Source of the DNA: Okamejei kenojei
Lineage: Eukaryota
Direction: 5' to 3'
NCBI GenBank assembly: GCA_035221665.1
Contig: CM069153.1
Location: forward strand, 33,852,001-33,916,000
DNA length: 64,000 nucleotides
Every line of letters starts with the position of its first letter. Position 1 is the first letter of the stretch. This document shows positions 38,939-51,415 of this stretch, piece by piece. The notes under the pieces were generated by a model. It did not search any database and was not told the DNA's origin. It saw only the letters and a program-made list of their open reading frames with translations. The position numbers and the translations under genes are program-made.

Positions 38939-41039
38939 CTAATTTCTGAAAATCCTGATTTTAACGTATTTAATTTAATTCTAATTTAATTCTAACAATT
39001 TCATAATGGTAGGAACTCAGTACAGAGTGACTGGGAGTTTAAGAGCATGTTATCTTGACCAGTCATTTGATGGACTCTCTTGGTTTCTGTTTTAAAATGG
39101 AAAAGACCTTTCAAAATCTTCAGTAAATTTTCACCAAATGTATTAAAGTATTCAAACATCAAAGCCCATTTTCAGAAAGGATCTGTTGCTACTTTCGCAA
39201 ATGAATCAATACCTTGAAAATAAAAGGTGATGAACTGTTTTGAAGCTGCTAATGAATCTATTAACCTCCCGGAATGTAAGGCAAAGTGGATGAATGAAAA
39301 GCAGACACATGCGGGAACAAGTCAGGTTATTGAGGGGTTTGCGGCATTTCCAGCATTCCTTTTTGATTCACATGGAAGTAAGGAAGCGCCTAATGCAAGG
39401 TGACCGAGCTCAACCTTCATGAACTCTGAAAGTAACAGCCAAGTAATTGCCTTTCTCATTCCTAGCTTTCTTAGTGGACATTTGTGAACCTCTCACATTT
39501 GCACTCAGTGGAGTCATATGGAAAAGTAGTGCCACATATATGTAGTACAGTTACCACCCACCTGTAGTGGCCTGGGATTCATACTGAGATTCCGCAAGAT
39601 CTGCTTTGCTTCCACAGCCCAAAGATGTTTGCTTGATTAAATGGCTACTTTACATTATATCTAGAGTATGTGGGTGACAGGAGATTCAGGGACAGTTCGT
39701 GGGTTTGTGATAGAGAATAGGTTGCAAGGAGATTTCTAGGGGAAGGGGACTGATGAGTGTACTCTGAACACTGGGTATCTAGCGCAGGTGAACATTCAGA
39801 CAATGCAACTGATCTGAGCAATCCATCAGCTGTCACTTTGAGAGGTCTTTTTGGAATGACTGCTTTCTGTTGCTCACTTACTCTGCCTCAATATGCTATC
39901 ACTTTGTTGAGGCCAGAAAGAGATCAAGAAGCAGGGTAAAGAAAAGAGACTGTTCTAAGGATTCATTGAATTGCTGCCAACTTATAGTTCGACAGCAGCA
40001 TTTCCTTGGAAATTCCTCCAATACTTCCCTTAGTATTTCGAAGGGAATTCTCCGTGGTCTGCACGCAAGCTTTTGATAGATAGCCAAGCAACTGAAGCCT
40101 GAGATGGCTGCACACAGCACGCTGCATTAGGAAGCCAAGTCATAATTGATTGCAGCTGAAGTCTTTCTCGTGCAAACAAAGTTTTGGTCAAGCTCTTAAT
40201 CAGCTTCTCCGATGAAAGGATGAATATCCCAGTTGAACAGGATAGTTTTTCTTCCTCCCACCTCACCCTGTCCCAGTTTCTTCAATCTTTTTCAGAAGGC
40301 AATTTGTGCCTAGTTATACTTCACAGCCCTAAATGCTGGACAGCCAGTGAATCATAGAAACATAGAAAATAGCAGGAGTAGGCCATTCGGCCCTTCGAGC
40401 CAGCACCACCATTCAATATGATTATGGCTCATCATCCAAAATCAGTACCCCGTTCCTGCTTTCTCCCCATTTCCCTTGATTCCATTAGCCCTAAGAGCTA
40501 TATCTTACTCTCTCTTGAATGCATCAAGAGAATGCAACTTTTGGAAATATAGATGCTGTTGTAATAGCCAAATTCCATGGGAAATTTGTGCACGGCAAGA
40601 TTCCACAAGTCGTAATGTGATAATAACCAAATAGCCAACTGTTTAAGGGGTAAACATTGGCCAAGGTTCTGGAAAGGGACACCCCCATGATCTTTTATTA
40701 AATGTTAATAAAACATTTCCAACTTTTACATCTAACTAAAAGAGCAGAAAGGAGTCAGTTTGGAAGCATTTCCAACAGTGCTTCATCTGAGTGCCAGCCT
40801 AGATTCACTGCTCAAGTCTCGAGAGCGGGTCGAACCTATTTGGGTAAGAACGTAACCGCTGTATTATGGCCAACACTTGAGAGGATTTTCTATATGGTAG
40901 ACAGTATATAAATGCATGTATCCCTGTGACTTCCTAAATTTCCTGTCAAAACTGAGCGTGTGCATGAGAATATTGATAACGGATGCCCCAAGATGGGCAA
41001 ATGCATGCCAAGACTGACAACTTATCATCCACACATTAA

Positions 41040-41112
41040 CCTGTTCACTGCCAAGTTTTTGGTTTCACCATTGGCCATGACCCAAGTGTACTCGGGTGTG
41101 GCACCGAACAGG
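41040..41112. mobile_element. 73-bp piggyBac-like micro-MITE
   Basis: TTAA|CCTGTTCACTGCCA...TGGCACCGAACAGG|TTAA (12/14 TIR match); internal palindrome cccaagtgtactcggg. Confidence 0.7.
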
Positions 41113-42872
41113 TTAACTCCCTGAGTTATTTAAGAATGTAAATGTGCCGCAGCCAATGCAGCAGGCCATAGGACAATCAATAAGGTGACATCTGGCCAGA
41201 AGATGTACTGGACTGGAAAACATCAGCCTCATCTGTTCGTGGATGGTAGAAAATTGGGGAATTGGTGGGAATGGGGAGTAAGTTGTAGATAAATTAGTGT
41301 GGGAATGTGATTGTTCTGATGCCCAAAGTAAAAATGTAGCTGTTAAAGACGAAAGAGGAATGAATTATGTCAGGAAATATAAAGAGGGCAAAAATAACTG
41401 AACTAAGTGCTATTGAGAAAGAGCAAGACTTTGAAACCCATGGGTGTCTAAGATGCAAACTTTTCATATAATAGAACACAGAAGCAAATGATGTCTTCCA
41501 GAGAGGGCAGATCCACAATCTTACCAGTTGAAAATAATTAACAGGTGGTAAATTATATGAACTCGAGCTTATTGACAGGGGTACAGTAGTTCCTAAAATA
41601 TTCAAACTGAAGCAAGTTTGAGAGAAATAGTGGCTATTATTAAAATAAAAAGATCCTTGTGGCGTTCCATGTGTTTCATCTTCAAGAGGAAAATTATTTG
41701 CTGCAAAAGTAATAAGTAAATCCAGGAATATTCCTGTGTCTGTGGATATATCAATACAACAACCCAAATGCAATTAACATCGAAATTTGAGTTTGCAAAA
41801 CCCATATTGATTTTCCAGAACACAGAGTCCTTGCTGATTTGATTTATTATTGATATATTTCCAGTCCTCTGGAGGGTAATGCGGTGTTACATGGTTATAT
41901 TAATCCAGAGTGTATTATCATACTTTGTTCTCAAACTCTAATGTATGATATAAGTATTGATCTGGTTAATTTCTCCTGACACCCACCACCAGCTACACCT
42001 GTGCCATTGTCAAAACCTCCAACTTTGTTCTTATCCATCGTCGAATTCCAGAGAATCTCCAATTTAGTGTCAGTGATTGCATCTTGCAATCATTTGCTAA
42101 GGAAATAAATGGACATGATTGCTATCATTTGATTCTCAATTTGAAATTTAGGCATTTCAGTAAGCCATCACTTGAATAAAATCCCTCAAAATGAAACCTC
42201 TCAAGGCAATGTTCATGCTGTTCAATTGGGTTTTTTGTGCGTGTTATAAAGTGCTGATTAAAGAGGAAGGAATTACAATTTACAGTTTCATTCAGTTTCT
42301 TTTACAGTTTAATTCACAAATTAGGCTGTTCCAGAGCTCTTTAGAATCAATAATGTACTTTTAAAGTCCTGTTCTTCTTTTGATTAGGTGCATAAGACCA
42401 AGCTCTCGCAAACAACATTGAAATAATAGCCATGTGATCTTTTTCAAGAATTAAAGTATAATGTACTAGAAAGTAGGTTAGACAACATCTGCAAGGAGAG
42501 AAACAGGTTAACTTTTCACTTTTATGACCTGTCATCAGAGTCGGAGAGATGCTATCTCACTTGCTAAATATTTCCAGCAATTTCAATGGGTTTTCTTTTT
42601 CAAATTTCTGGAGGTAATTTGCTTTAGTGTATCTGCTTTAAGAGACACATTTAGGTGAGGAGCATTCTACGCTCTTCTTTAAAATTGCCCTGTGAAGTCT
42701 TTTGCATCCATCAGAGATCTGTATCCTGTAGAAGGCAAGAATGACTAACTGGTAAAACGGATGGTGTTGCTGGCTAGACATTACGTTGAACTATTACAGA
42801 TTATAACCATTGTCCCAATTTGTCTGATAGAAACTGCGGGTACCAATTCTTTTAATGCCATTCACAATTCTC

Positions 42873-42970
42873 CAGTCTGAAGAAGGGTCTCGACACGAAA
42901 CCTTGCCTATCTCCTTCGCTCCTTAGATGCTGCTGCACCCGCTGAGTTTCTCCAGCCTTTCGTGTACCCT
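42873..42970 (+). mobile_element. Solo Penelope-like tail
   Basis: Near-identical to 38845-38940; other tails at about 32448-32527 (-), 44660-44755 (-), 48644-48750 (+), 55010-55060 (+), 63864-63952 (+). Confidence 0.8.
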
Positions 42971-43298
42971 CCCCTGAGAGCATTCTATTTTTCCGTACTT
43001 GTGTCATTACGACCTCCTGCCTTGCTGTGTCATCTCTTTTGTCATTCCGTTTTTTAAAACCTTTCACCTGATCGCAAATCCTCCCTTTTCTTCTTTCCTT
43101 CGCTGCCCCTTTTCTTGCTTCAGTACCTAAATAAAAGATATTAGGTCACAGACCGAAAATATTAACTCTATTTTGCTCTCTCCACACATGCTACTTGCAC
43201 CCTTTAGCATTTTGAATATGTTTGAGATATAATGCAGACTTTAAGCCTCCACTGTACTATGTCATTGTACTAACACTGAGTTTTTTCTTTCCTTAAAG

Positions 43299-43367
43299 GA
43301 GCGAATCTTCTTGACACTCTCGAACTATATCTTCACAGTGATCTTCCTGATTGAGATGGCAGTAAAG
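43299..43367 (+). CDS. CACNA1G: Cav3.1 exon (approx. exon 20), domain III S2
   Basis: ttccttaaag|GAGCGA...GTAAAG|gtaacc; 69 nt, phase 0/0; ERIFLTLSNYIFTVIFLIEMAVK. Confidence 0.96.
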
Positions 43368-44843
43368 GTAACCACAACCACTAGGCTCTTTTAAATGTTA
43401 AATCAACCTTTGATAATTATCTGGATTTGACAGAGTGAGCCCCATGCTTATAATAATGAAATAATAATTCTGCGAGTTGGATACACACCATGCAATCAGT
43501 TCACTTTATGTCCACTTCAGTTTTAATCAACGGTTGGGATGAACTAAGGACTGGTGATTTCAATCATAGAAATATTTCCTGATCTAAGTTCTGTAGTCAT
43601 TTTATTTAGGAACAATAACCTGTTTCCCAAAGAGTTCTGGTGAGCGATCAGGAGAATACATGAACATTTTCTGCTGTTTGCACATACTGAGCAGGAATGG
43701 AGTTCCACTGGGAATGGATTACTTTCCCACATTTTCGAAATTCAGCATCACTTTTAGGGATTCATCCACCCCACCCCACCCCATTTATTACCCATCCCTA
43801 ATAGTTGTAGAAGAATAGTTGTGAGTCTTCACCTTGAACAACTGGAAGCAATTTACACTACTGTGTTTTTTGCTCAACCACCTCAGAAGAAAATTAAGCC
43901 AGCCACACTGTTTGAGATCATATACACTGTGTTTGAGATCACATGTAGTTTGGCAGCTTTCCTTCCCTAAAACATGTTTGTGAACCAGCTGAATTGTTAC
44001 AACAATTCAACAGCATCATGAACTTTCATTGGTTCTAACTTTTTGGTTTTACATTCATTTTTGAACTGAGTTCATTTCCTCAAACTGCTGAAGTGGGGTT
44101 AGAATTTTTGATCTATGATTTTTATATGCTCTTGTTCCCCCTTTTACAACACCTTACAGCAACACTGGAACAGATGGGCTGTGAGTGCTGAAACATAAGG
44201 ATCAAGCAATCTAACTCCAGTTCCATGTATTTAAATGTTACCTACACAGATCGCGGAGATATCAATGTAAATGTCACAGCCCGATCACAACATTGACAAG
44301 CAGAATAAACTTCCCACTTGATTGGGACAGATCTTGGTAGTGGGAGTCCCAGGGTTGGCTCTGAGACAACAACTGGGACAGGAGATACCAACTGGCCACA
44401 GTAAGTTTCTTTTAACATTCCCTGAGGACCAGTCGGGCCTCACAAGGCCCACTCTGAGCCACCCCCAGCACCGTCCATTATTCCAGATCACACTGATTGC
44501 CGCAGTCCCAAGCAACTGCTTCCTGCTTCTGGTCTGCCAGTCAGGCCATGGGGTGTCAATGCTCATAATTATTCAAACATGGTCCTGCAATCAAGGCAGG
44601 CATTGCATCTGCATCCTCAGTTTCCTTATTTAGTATAAAATATCCACTGGCTATTGAAAAGGACACAGCATGCTGGAGTGACTCAGTGAGTCAGGCAGCA
44701 TCTCTGGAAAACATGGACAGGTTACGTTTCGGGTCGGGACCCTTCTTCAGACTAGGACTGTAGTTCCAGACTCAGTTCCTTGTTTCTGCAACCATGTTAC
44801 TGTTCATTAGTAGTAAACCTTTCCTTCTTTGTGTCTTTTGCAG

Positions 44844-45028
44844 CTGGTGGCAATGGGCCTTTGTTTTGGGCAGAAGACTTATCTCAAGAGCTCTTGGAAC
44901 ATTCTGGATGGGCTACTGGTGATGATATCAGTCATCGATATTCTAGTCTCCATGTTCTCAGATAGTGGAACGAAAATTCTTGGAATGCTGCGGGTCCTTC
45001 GACTGTTGCGCACCCTCCGGCCTCTCCG
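44844..45028 (+). CDS. CACNA1G: Cav3.1 exon (approx. exon 21), domain III S3-S4
   Basis: ttttgcag|CTGGTG...CTCCG|gtaatc; 185 nt, phase 0/2; [61 protein letters not shown]. Confidence 0.97.
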
Positions 45029-45339
45029 GTAATCTAACACTGGGTTCTGACAGGGTCCGAGTTTAGCTGCACGTTTAACTCACAAACAGAAGGGGCTTCT
45101 TGATAGAAGCTGCTGGTGTGCATGTCCTCCATCTTACCTGGCAGTAGGACTTGCAAGCCAGGAGTTTACATCAGGCATTTCAGACATGTAAGTGTTTATC
45201 TCAGTTCTGTATGATAAGGGTCTCACTTCCTACTCCATTGGTTTAAGTGTACAAGCCCATTCCAAAGATTTAAGCAGAAAGTCTTCTGTTTCCACAGACC
45301 AGCACTGCAAACCATTTGGTACTGGATCTTCCCGCTTCA

Positions 45340-45890
45340 GTTTATGTTTGTAGGCATGTAGTATTTTGGTAGCATTCACTTGAGATTGGCTTGATTGAAG
45401 TGCCCAACTACAATGACCTGAGTTTTGGGGTGTTTTGTCTCAATGCTATTGTTAGCGGAGTACAGTTCATTCCGAGCTTGACATCAGCATGGGGAGTGAT
45501 GTTGACTGCTGTCAGGAGAGCTGAGATGAATTCCTGTGGTAGAAAGTAAAGATGGCACTTCACAGTTAGATGTTCCAGGTCCGAGGAGCATGAGCTCGCC
45601 AGAATCGCCACTTCTGGGCTCCACGAGGTATTGATTAGGAAGCAGACCCCTCCATCTCTAACCTTGCCCGAAGACACCATGCGGCCCATCCAGTGAAGGG
45701 CGACGCCCTCGGATTGGATGGCACAGTCAGGTATATTAGGGATAAGCCAAGTCTCTGTGGAACAGAGCACGCAGCAGTCTCTCAATTCTCTAATTAAGAT
45801 AGGTTAGTCAGTCTTTATGTTCATCTAGCTTGTTCTCTATAGACTGTAGATTAGCCAGTAGTATGCTGGGGAGGAAAGTCTTGAAACCAC
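45340..45890 (-). mobile_element. Rex1/Babar-like LINE APE endonuclease fragment
   Basis: ORF 45408-45785: RDCCVLCSTETWL...GKVRDGGVCFLINTSW...HLTVKCHLYFLPQEF (TETWL and GGV motifs of LINE AP endonuclease); clade call from memory. Confidence 0.8.
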
Positions 45891-46294
45891 GTTTATATGG
45901 GTATCTTGGTCGCCATGGACAAGTTGGGCCTTAGGGCCTGTTTCTCTACTGTATGACTATGACTTTATCTGCAAAAACAAATTCCTAAGCACTTAAATTT
46001 GATATTAAATTTTTAATTAATATTCTTGGAGGAATTAGTATTCACTTGAATGGTTCACTTGAAAGCAATCTTGCCTTTTAGCAGACTGTTCATCTTAAAT
46101 CTATGATATTGCATTTTATTATTAAGGGAACTGTCCTTAAGAAATGGCTCCTTGCACTAAAGCTTCCAACAGTAACAGCCCATCACATCAGTAACTTTAT
46201 GATGGATGTCATTTCTCATCTATTACATTTCAGCAGTAATAATACATCTCATCGTTATACGGATCACAAATTACCCATTTTTCATTAGTGTCAA

Positions 46295-46555
46295 CCTCAC
46301 ACCAACAAAAAGATCTTCTAATGGTGGTAATCTGTCAACCAACATATTCCATTTCTGCTAATCCTTCAACCAATGATCATTCCGTGGTAGTAGTCTCCAA
46401 CTAGTGATTTTTCTAAAGTAATAGTCCCTCACCAATAATCTGATAGACAATTTACCAACCAATAATCTTCTGGTTATGATATATCCCCCAACCAACAATC
46501 TTTAAATATTTAGATTCTCCCCACCACCAACAACTTTTCTAATACTGATGATAAA
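46295..46555. repeat. Degenerate minisatellite, unit roughly 30 nt
   Basis: Recurring anchor ccaaYaatc(tt)/caaccaa at roughly 30-nt spacing. Confidence 0.5.
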
Positions 46556-48431
46556 CTAATAACTTTGCATTGGCCAAATGTCCCATGACATTTATTCATA
46601 TATTTTATGATTTTCAAGAAAATATGGTCCCAATTGAATGACACAGTTATACACAATCCATCTCCTTATTATTTGGTCAAATCACAGTCGGTTTAAAGTT
46701 AACAAACTTTTGGACACAAATTTGAAAAGAAACATATGCTATCAACAATTGTCAGGCAGAGAGAGCACAGGGTATTAATTTAATCACAAAATTCTGCTGA
46801 TGTTTATAAGCCCTTAGAGTTTCAAAGGTAACAGCTGGGGCATTGAATTACAGCTTTGTAGTCAGAAACCAGTACATTACTGTTTCCAGTGCTTAAGGCT
46901 GTGTTTCCTTCTTTGCAGATATAGTCCTAGTAATTCTGCACATGAGCCTCCCCACATCCTCCACCCCAGATCCCAATCCAACTCCCTTTCACTGGGACTG
47001 AAATTCGCTTCACTAGGAACTAAATGATCTCCCATCCACCCCAGCACCGGAAAAATAAAGATCTCTCCCGATCGATCATTGATTTTTTTTAATTTGTTGA
47101 ACAGCCTGTGAATGATAGAACAATAATGTCATAAAAGACTTTCCCACTGTGTCACTTAGAATGTGAAAAAAAACATTTAAAATCCCATAACACATGGGAT
47201 TGTTATACAGTATATTCGCAAATATTATTAGGCCTGTTCTACTGAAATAACATGAAATAGGTTTGAAACAAAATACTTCAAAGTGTTTTACAGGAGCATG
47301 GATGCCAATTTATACATTGAGGCAAATGGTCATTAGCTTGGGAAAAGAGGTAGGTTTAGAACATTTCTTAAATACTGAAAGCGAGGTTGTATGTCAAAGA
47401 GGTTTAGGGTATCTCAGAAAATTATAATGCTTGATAGCATCAGTCTTCGGATGATTTAAAAATAAGAGTGGGAGTTACTGCTTGACTGTGAGCCAATATA
47501 GGTCAGAAACCATTGGGATAAGGACATACATTCCAGAGCATTGGGTAACACCAAGAAGGAGAGAGGTCAAAAGAGACAAAAAATTTGCAATGATAGTCTA
47601 GAAATAATAAAACTGTGCATGAAGGTAGAGGATAGAGTTTCAAAGAAGTGAGTCACCTTGCCTTGCATAACTTTTAACATTTTGAATGTCAATTGGATCT
47701 GTATTTAAACAAAGAGAGAGGCAGTGAAGGATTTTTGGGCATTCAGATGGGAATCACCACAAATTATCCAATCTCTGATCTTGGCATTAGACCCTCAGTA
47801 TTTAACTTTCAGGACCGATCAACCTTCTGGTCAGTGGTGTCACCTAAAATGTCATCCTATTTAATTTAGCAATTGCCTTCTTTTCAATACTGCATGTATT
47901 TATTTAACAGTTAAAGTATAGTACTTGATATGGCATTCTTGTTTTTAAATACCGCTGTGGCCTTCCCCCTCCCTATCCAAGTAACTGACTCCAGATATGC
48001 AAACTCCCACAATAACTGTGAATGGTGGATTACCATTGATGATTGTGTCTCCATTGCACAGCTCATTGCTCCATGTCTCAGCTGAGGCATTGACCTCAGG
48101 ACCTCAGTATCTCCATGTCTCTCTCCTCTTTTAAACTACCTCTAAAATCTATGTGGCTCAGTGTCAGGTTTTTTTTGGATAGGTTTCTGTGAGGTGACTT
48201 GATGTGATGTATTATACTTGAATTGTTAAATAAATATGTGCAGCATTGAAAATAAGGCAATTGCTAATTAAATAGGATGAAATTAAAGAGCTTGAACTTA
48301 AGAAAATCATCAGTATCAAAAGTAGAATTGTCACCCATTTGGATTGGAAGTAGCCGAGATTTTTGGGGATGGATGTTGCGCTTGAAAAGGGTGTAGTCAG
48401 GTGCAGTGGTGAATTGTAACTGGTATACACA

Positions 48432-48643
48432 TCAGTTCAGTTTAGTTTATTGTCACGTGTGCCGAGGTACAGTGAAAAGCTTTTGTTGCGTGCTAACCAG
48501 TCAGCAGAAAGACATTACATGATTACAATCAAGCCATTTACAGTGTACAGATCCATGATAAGGGAATAACTTTAATGCAAGGTAAAGCCAGTAAAGTCCA
48601 ATCAAAGATAGTCCGAGGGTCACCAATGAGGTAAATAGTAGTT
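48432..48643 (-). mobile_element. LINE 3' tail (Rex/Babar-like), multi-copy
   Basis: gtttattgtcacgtgtgccgaggtacagtgaaaagcttttgttgcgtgctaaccagtcag; reverse-complement copies at about 31820-31932 and 33420-33520, partial copy at 48993-49047. Confidence 0.65.
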
Positions 48644-49127
48644 CAGTCTGAAGAAGGGTCCCAAACCAAAATGGCACTCATCCTTTTTCTCCCGAGATAC
48701 TTCAGCACCTTGTGTCTTTTTTTGGTATAAACCAGCATCTACAGTTCCTCATTTCAACATTCTGTATTTCATTAACTTGGTCGCTTTCTTTAATGAAGTA
48801 GGGTGAATTATTGATGAGGGTAATGCAGTTTGTTATGTATGTGAATTTTCAAAAGGCATTTAACAAAGGAAGAGCATGGTAAACTGTGAACAGAAATCAG
48901 GCCCATGAAGATGGCAGCTTAGATGCCAAACTAGAAAAGGAGCACAAGATAGTGATGTTTTTTTTAGACTGGGAGGAAATGTATACCATATCTGTTTAGT
49001 TTATTATCACGCATACCGAGGCACAGTGAGAAGCTTTTGTTGCGTGCCTGATAGAGTGACTGATATCAGAAACACTCAAATCAGTCATGTTGATCATTCC
49101 TAATATATGTTGTCATGCTCCACACAG

Positions 49128-49254
49128 GGTAATCAGCCGAGCACCAGGTCTTAAACTCGTTGTTGAAACACTCATGTCCTCCCTGAAGCCCATTGGGAAT
49201 ATTGTGGTAATCTGCTGCGCATTCTTCATCATCTTTGGCATCCTGGGTGTCCAG
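49128..49254 (+). CDS. CACNA1G: Cav3.1 exon (approx. exon 22), domain III S4-S5
   Basis: cacacag|GGTAATC...GTCCAG|gtatgt; 127 nt, phase 2/0; [42 protein letters not shown]. Confidence 0.97.
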
Positions 49255-50034
49255 GTATGTTTCTACATGTCATAGAACACGTGATAGGGTGGGAGTCTCT
49301 GTTGGGATCTGTGCTGAAGTAAAAGCTCAGTCATCTAGGGAAGGGGGTTTCAACTTACTGGGGTGGGGCTCACAATACACAAAATTGAGGGTGCTGTCTC
49401 CCATGATAGAGGCTTAGTGGATCCAAGGGCTGAGACTCAAAACCTCCTGAATAGAAGTTAATGTCTTACTGTTGGAAAGGTAGCTCCCCTTGTCATAGAG
49501 ACAGACAGCACGAAAACAGGTAATTCGGCCCAACTTGCTCATGCCAACAAAGATGCCCCATCTACACTAACCCCATCTGCCCATTTTTGGCCCATATCCC
49601 TCTAAAGGTGTCAGTGGGCATGGCTGCCCGGACTCTCTGTGTCCTGGAAACGGAACTCACCCCAGGTTTGGATAGTTCTTTCTCCTCAGGTGGGCAAGGG
49701 TTGCATCCTTGGACTGGGCTCTCCATGTATTGGGAATGGACCCTTTGTGTCCAATGATGCAGCTCCTGTATACTGGGCAAGGCACAGTAATAGAGTGGTG
49801 CTTTGTATGTCCTGGGAGATGGTGGTATCAGAATGATATATAATCCACAGTATTGGTCACTTAATATGTGTGCGTAAATATGTACAGTTAAATGTACATG
49901 CGAGTGTGCTTCATCCTTATGTCTTACCTGTTGGCCCATATTTTTGCAATTATCCCTCAGCTTATACAGGCTACCCAAATTCAAGACAATTTGACTATTT
50001 CAGTGTGTCGTTAATGGTACAGAAGGGAGCTCAC

Positions 50035-50320
50035 TGTTTCACAATCTGCACCTGTACCTCAGCCACCGTGTACACTCTTACACTGTAAACAATTGTATAC
50101 CTCAACAGCTGTGAATAATTATACATCTCAATAGTAGAGTAGACACTTACACCGCAACACAGGTGTGCAGTCTGACATCTCAGTGGCAGTGGACACACAT
50201 ACACCTCAACATCCGTTTCAACTCTTACATTTCCAACAGCTATGCGGACTCTTGCAACTCAGCATACACCATTACAGCTCCAGACCAGTGTACATTGTTA
50301 CACCTCAACTGCTGCCTGTA
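50035..50320. repeat. Degenerate minisatellite, unit roughly 25 nt
   Basis: Recurring ttacacctcaaca...gtgtacac motif, about ten diverged units. Confidence 0.6.
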
Positions 50321-50514
50321 CATTTAATTTAATACTGATACCAAGGTGAGAAGTGATGGAAATGAGAACCAGGCAAAGGCTGCGGAAATAGAAAGCAGAG
50401 CTTGAAAGGCCTGAGAGCAGGACAAGGAAGTTCTTGTATCGCTGACTGATTGCATTGTCAAATACCTGAATTGGAACCCACAGTAAACCATTTGCCTATT
50501 TGACTCTTGGTCAC

Positions 50515-51415
50515 AATCAAATAGTGAAGAAATAACAAAGAAGGTTGACGAGGAGAAGACCGTAGTTGTTGACCACATGGACTTCAGTAAGGCTCCACAT
50601 GGTAGGCTGCTGTGGAAGGTTAGATCCCGTGGGATCCTGGGAGAGCTAGATAACTGCATAGAGAATTCACCATGGAAGGAAGCAGAGGATGGTGTTGGGA
50701 AGTAGTTTTTTTGGACTGGTGGTCCGTGACTAGTGCTGTCCCTCAGGGATCAGTGCTGCTTGTGGCAAATGTTGACAATTTGGATGAGAATATACAAGGC
50801 ATGATTGGAAATTTTGCAAATGACACTAAAATAGGTGGTATAGTAGACAGTGAAGGTGGTTATCAGAAATTAGAGTAGGATCATGATCAGCTGGGCAAGT
50901 GGTGCTGAGGAATAGCGAATGGAGTTAAATGCAGATAAGTGCAAGGTGTTAGATTTTGGGAAATCAACGCAGTCCAGGACTGTTATGGTGAATAGCAGGG
51001 CCCTGGGGAGTGTAAAAGAGCAGAGTGATCTAGGAGCACTGGTACATAGTGGCATCACAATTATAGACAATGGTAAAGAAGGGTTTTAGTACCTAGGCCT
51101 TCCTCAGTTAGGGCATTAAATATATGTTGGAATATTATGTTACAGTTGTACAAAATATAACCAGAGAACATAGATTTACGCTGAAAGCGGCAAGATTTAA
51201 TAAGAACCTGAAGGGCAACATTGTCACATAGAGGCAGGTGAGTATATGGAACGTGCTGCCAGAGGAGGTAATTGAGGCAGCCACTGTAACAGCTCTGAAG
51301 ACATGGACAGGAAAATATTAGAGACATATGTGCCCAACTTGGGCATATGGCACTAGTTTGAATGGGGCATCTTGGTCGGCAAGATGAGTTGGGCCAAAGG
51401 GCTGGTTTTCTATGG
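50515..51415 (+). mobile_element. CR1-type LINE RT fragment with internal deletions
   Basis: MDFSK...VTSAVPQGSVLL...IGNFANDTKIGGIVDSE; ends in gggccaaagggctggtt tail. Confidence 0.88.

Noticed and set aside
46295-50320. Periodic repeats considered as a CRISPR-like array
   Set aside because: Units are degenerate tandem copies with no constant repeat and unique spacer pattern, there are no cas genes, and the context is a vertebrate intron
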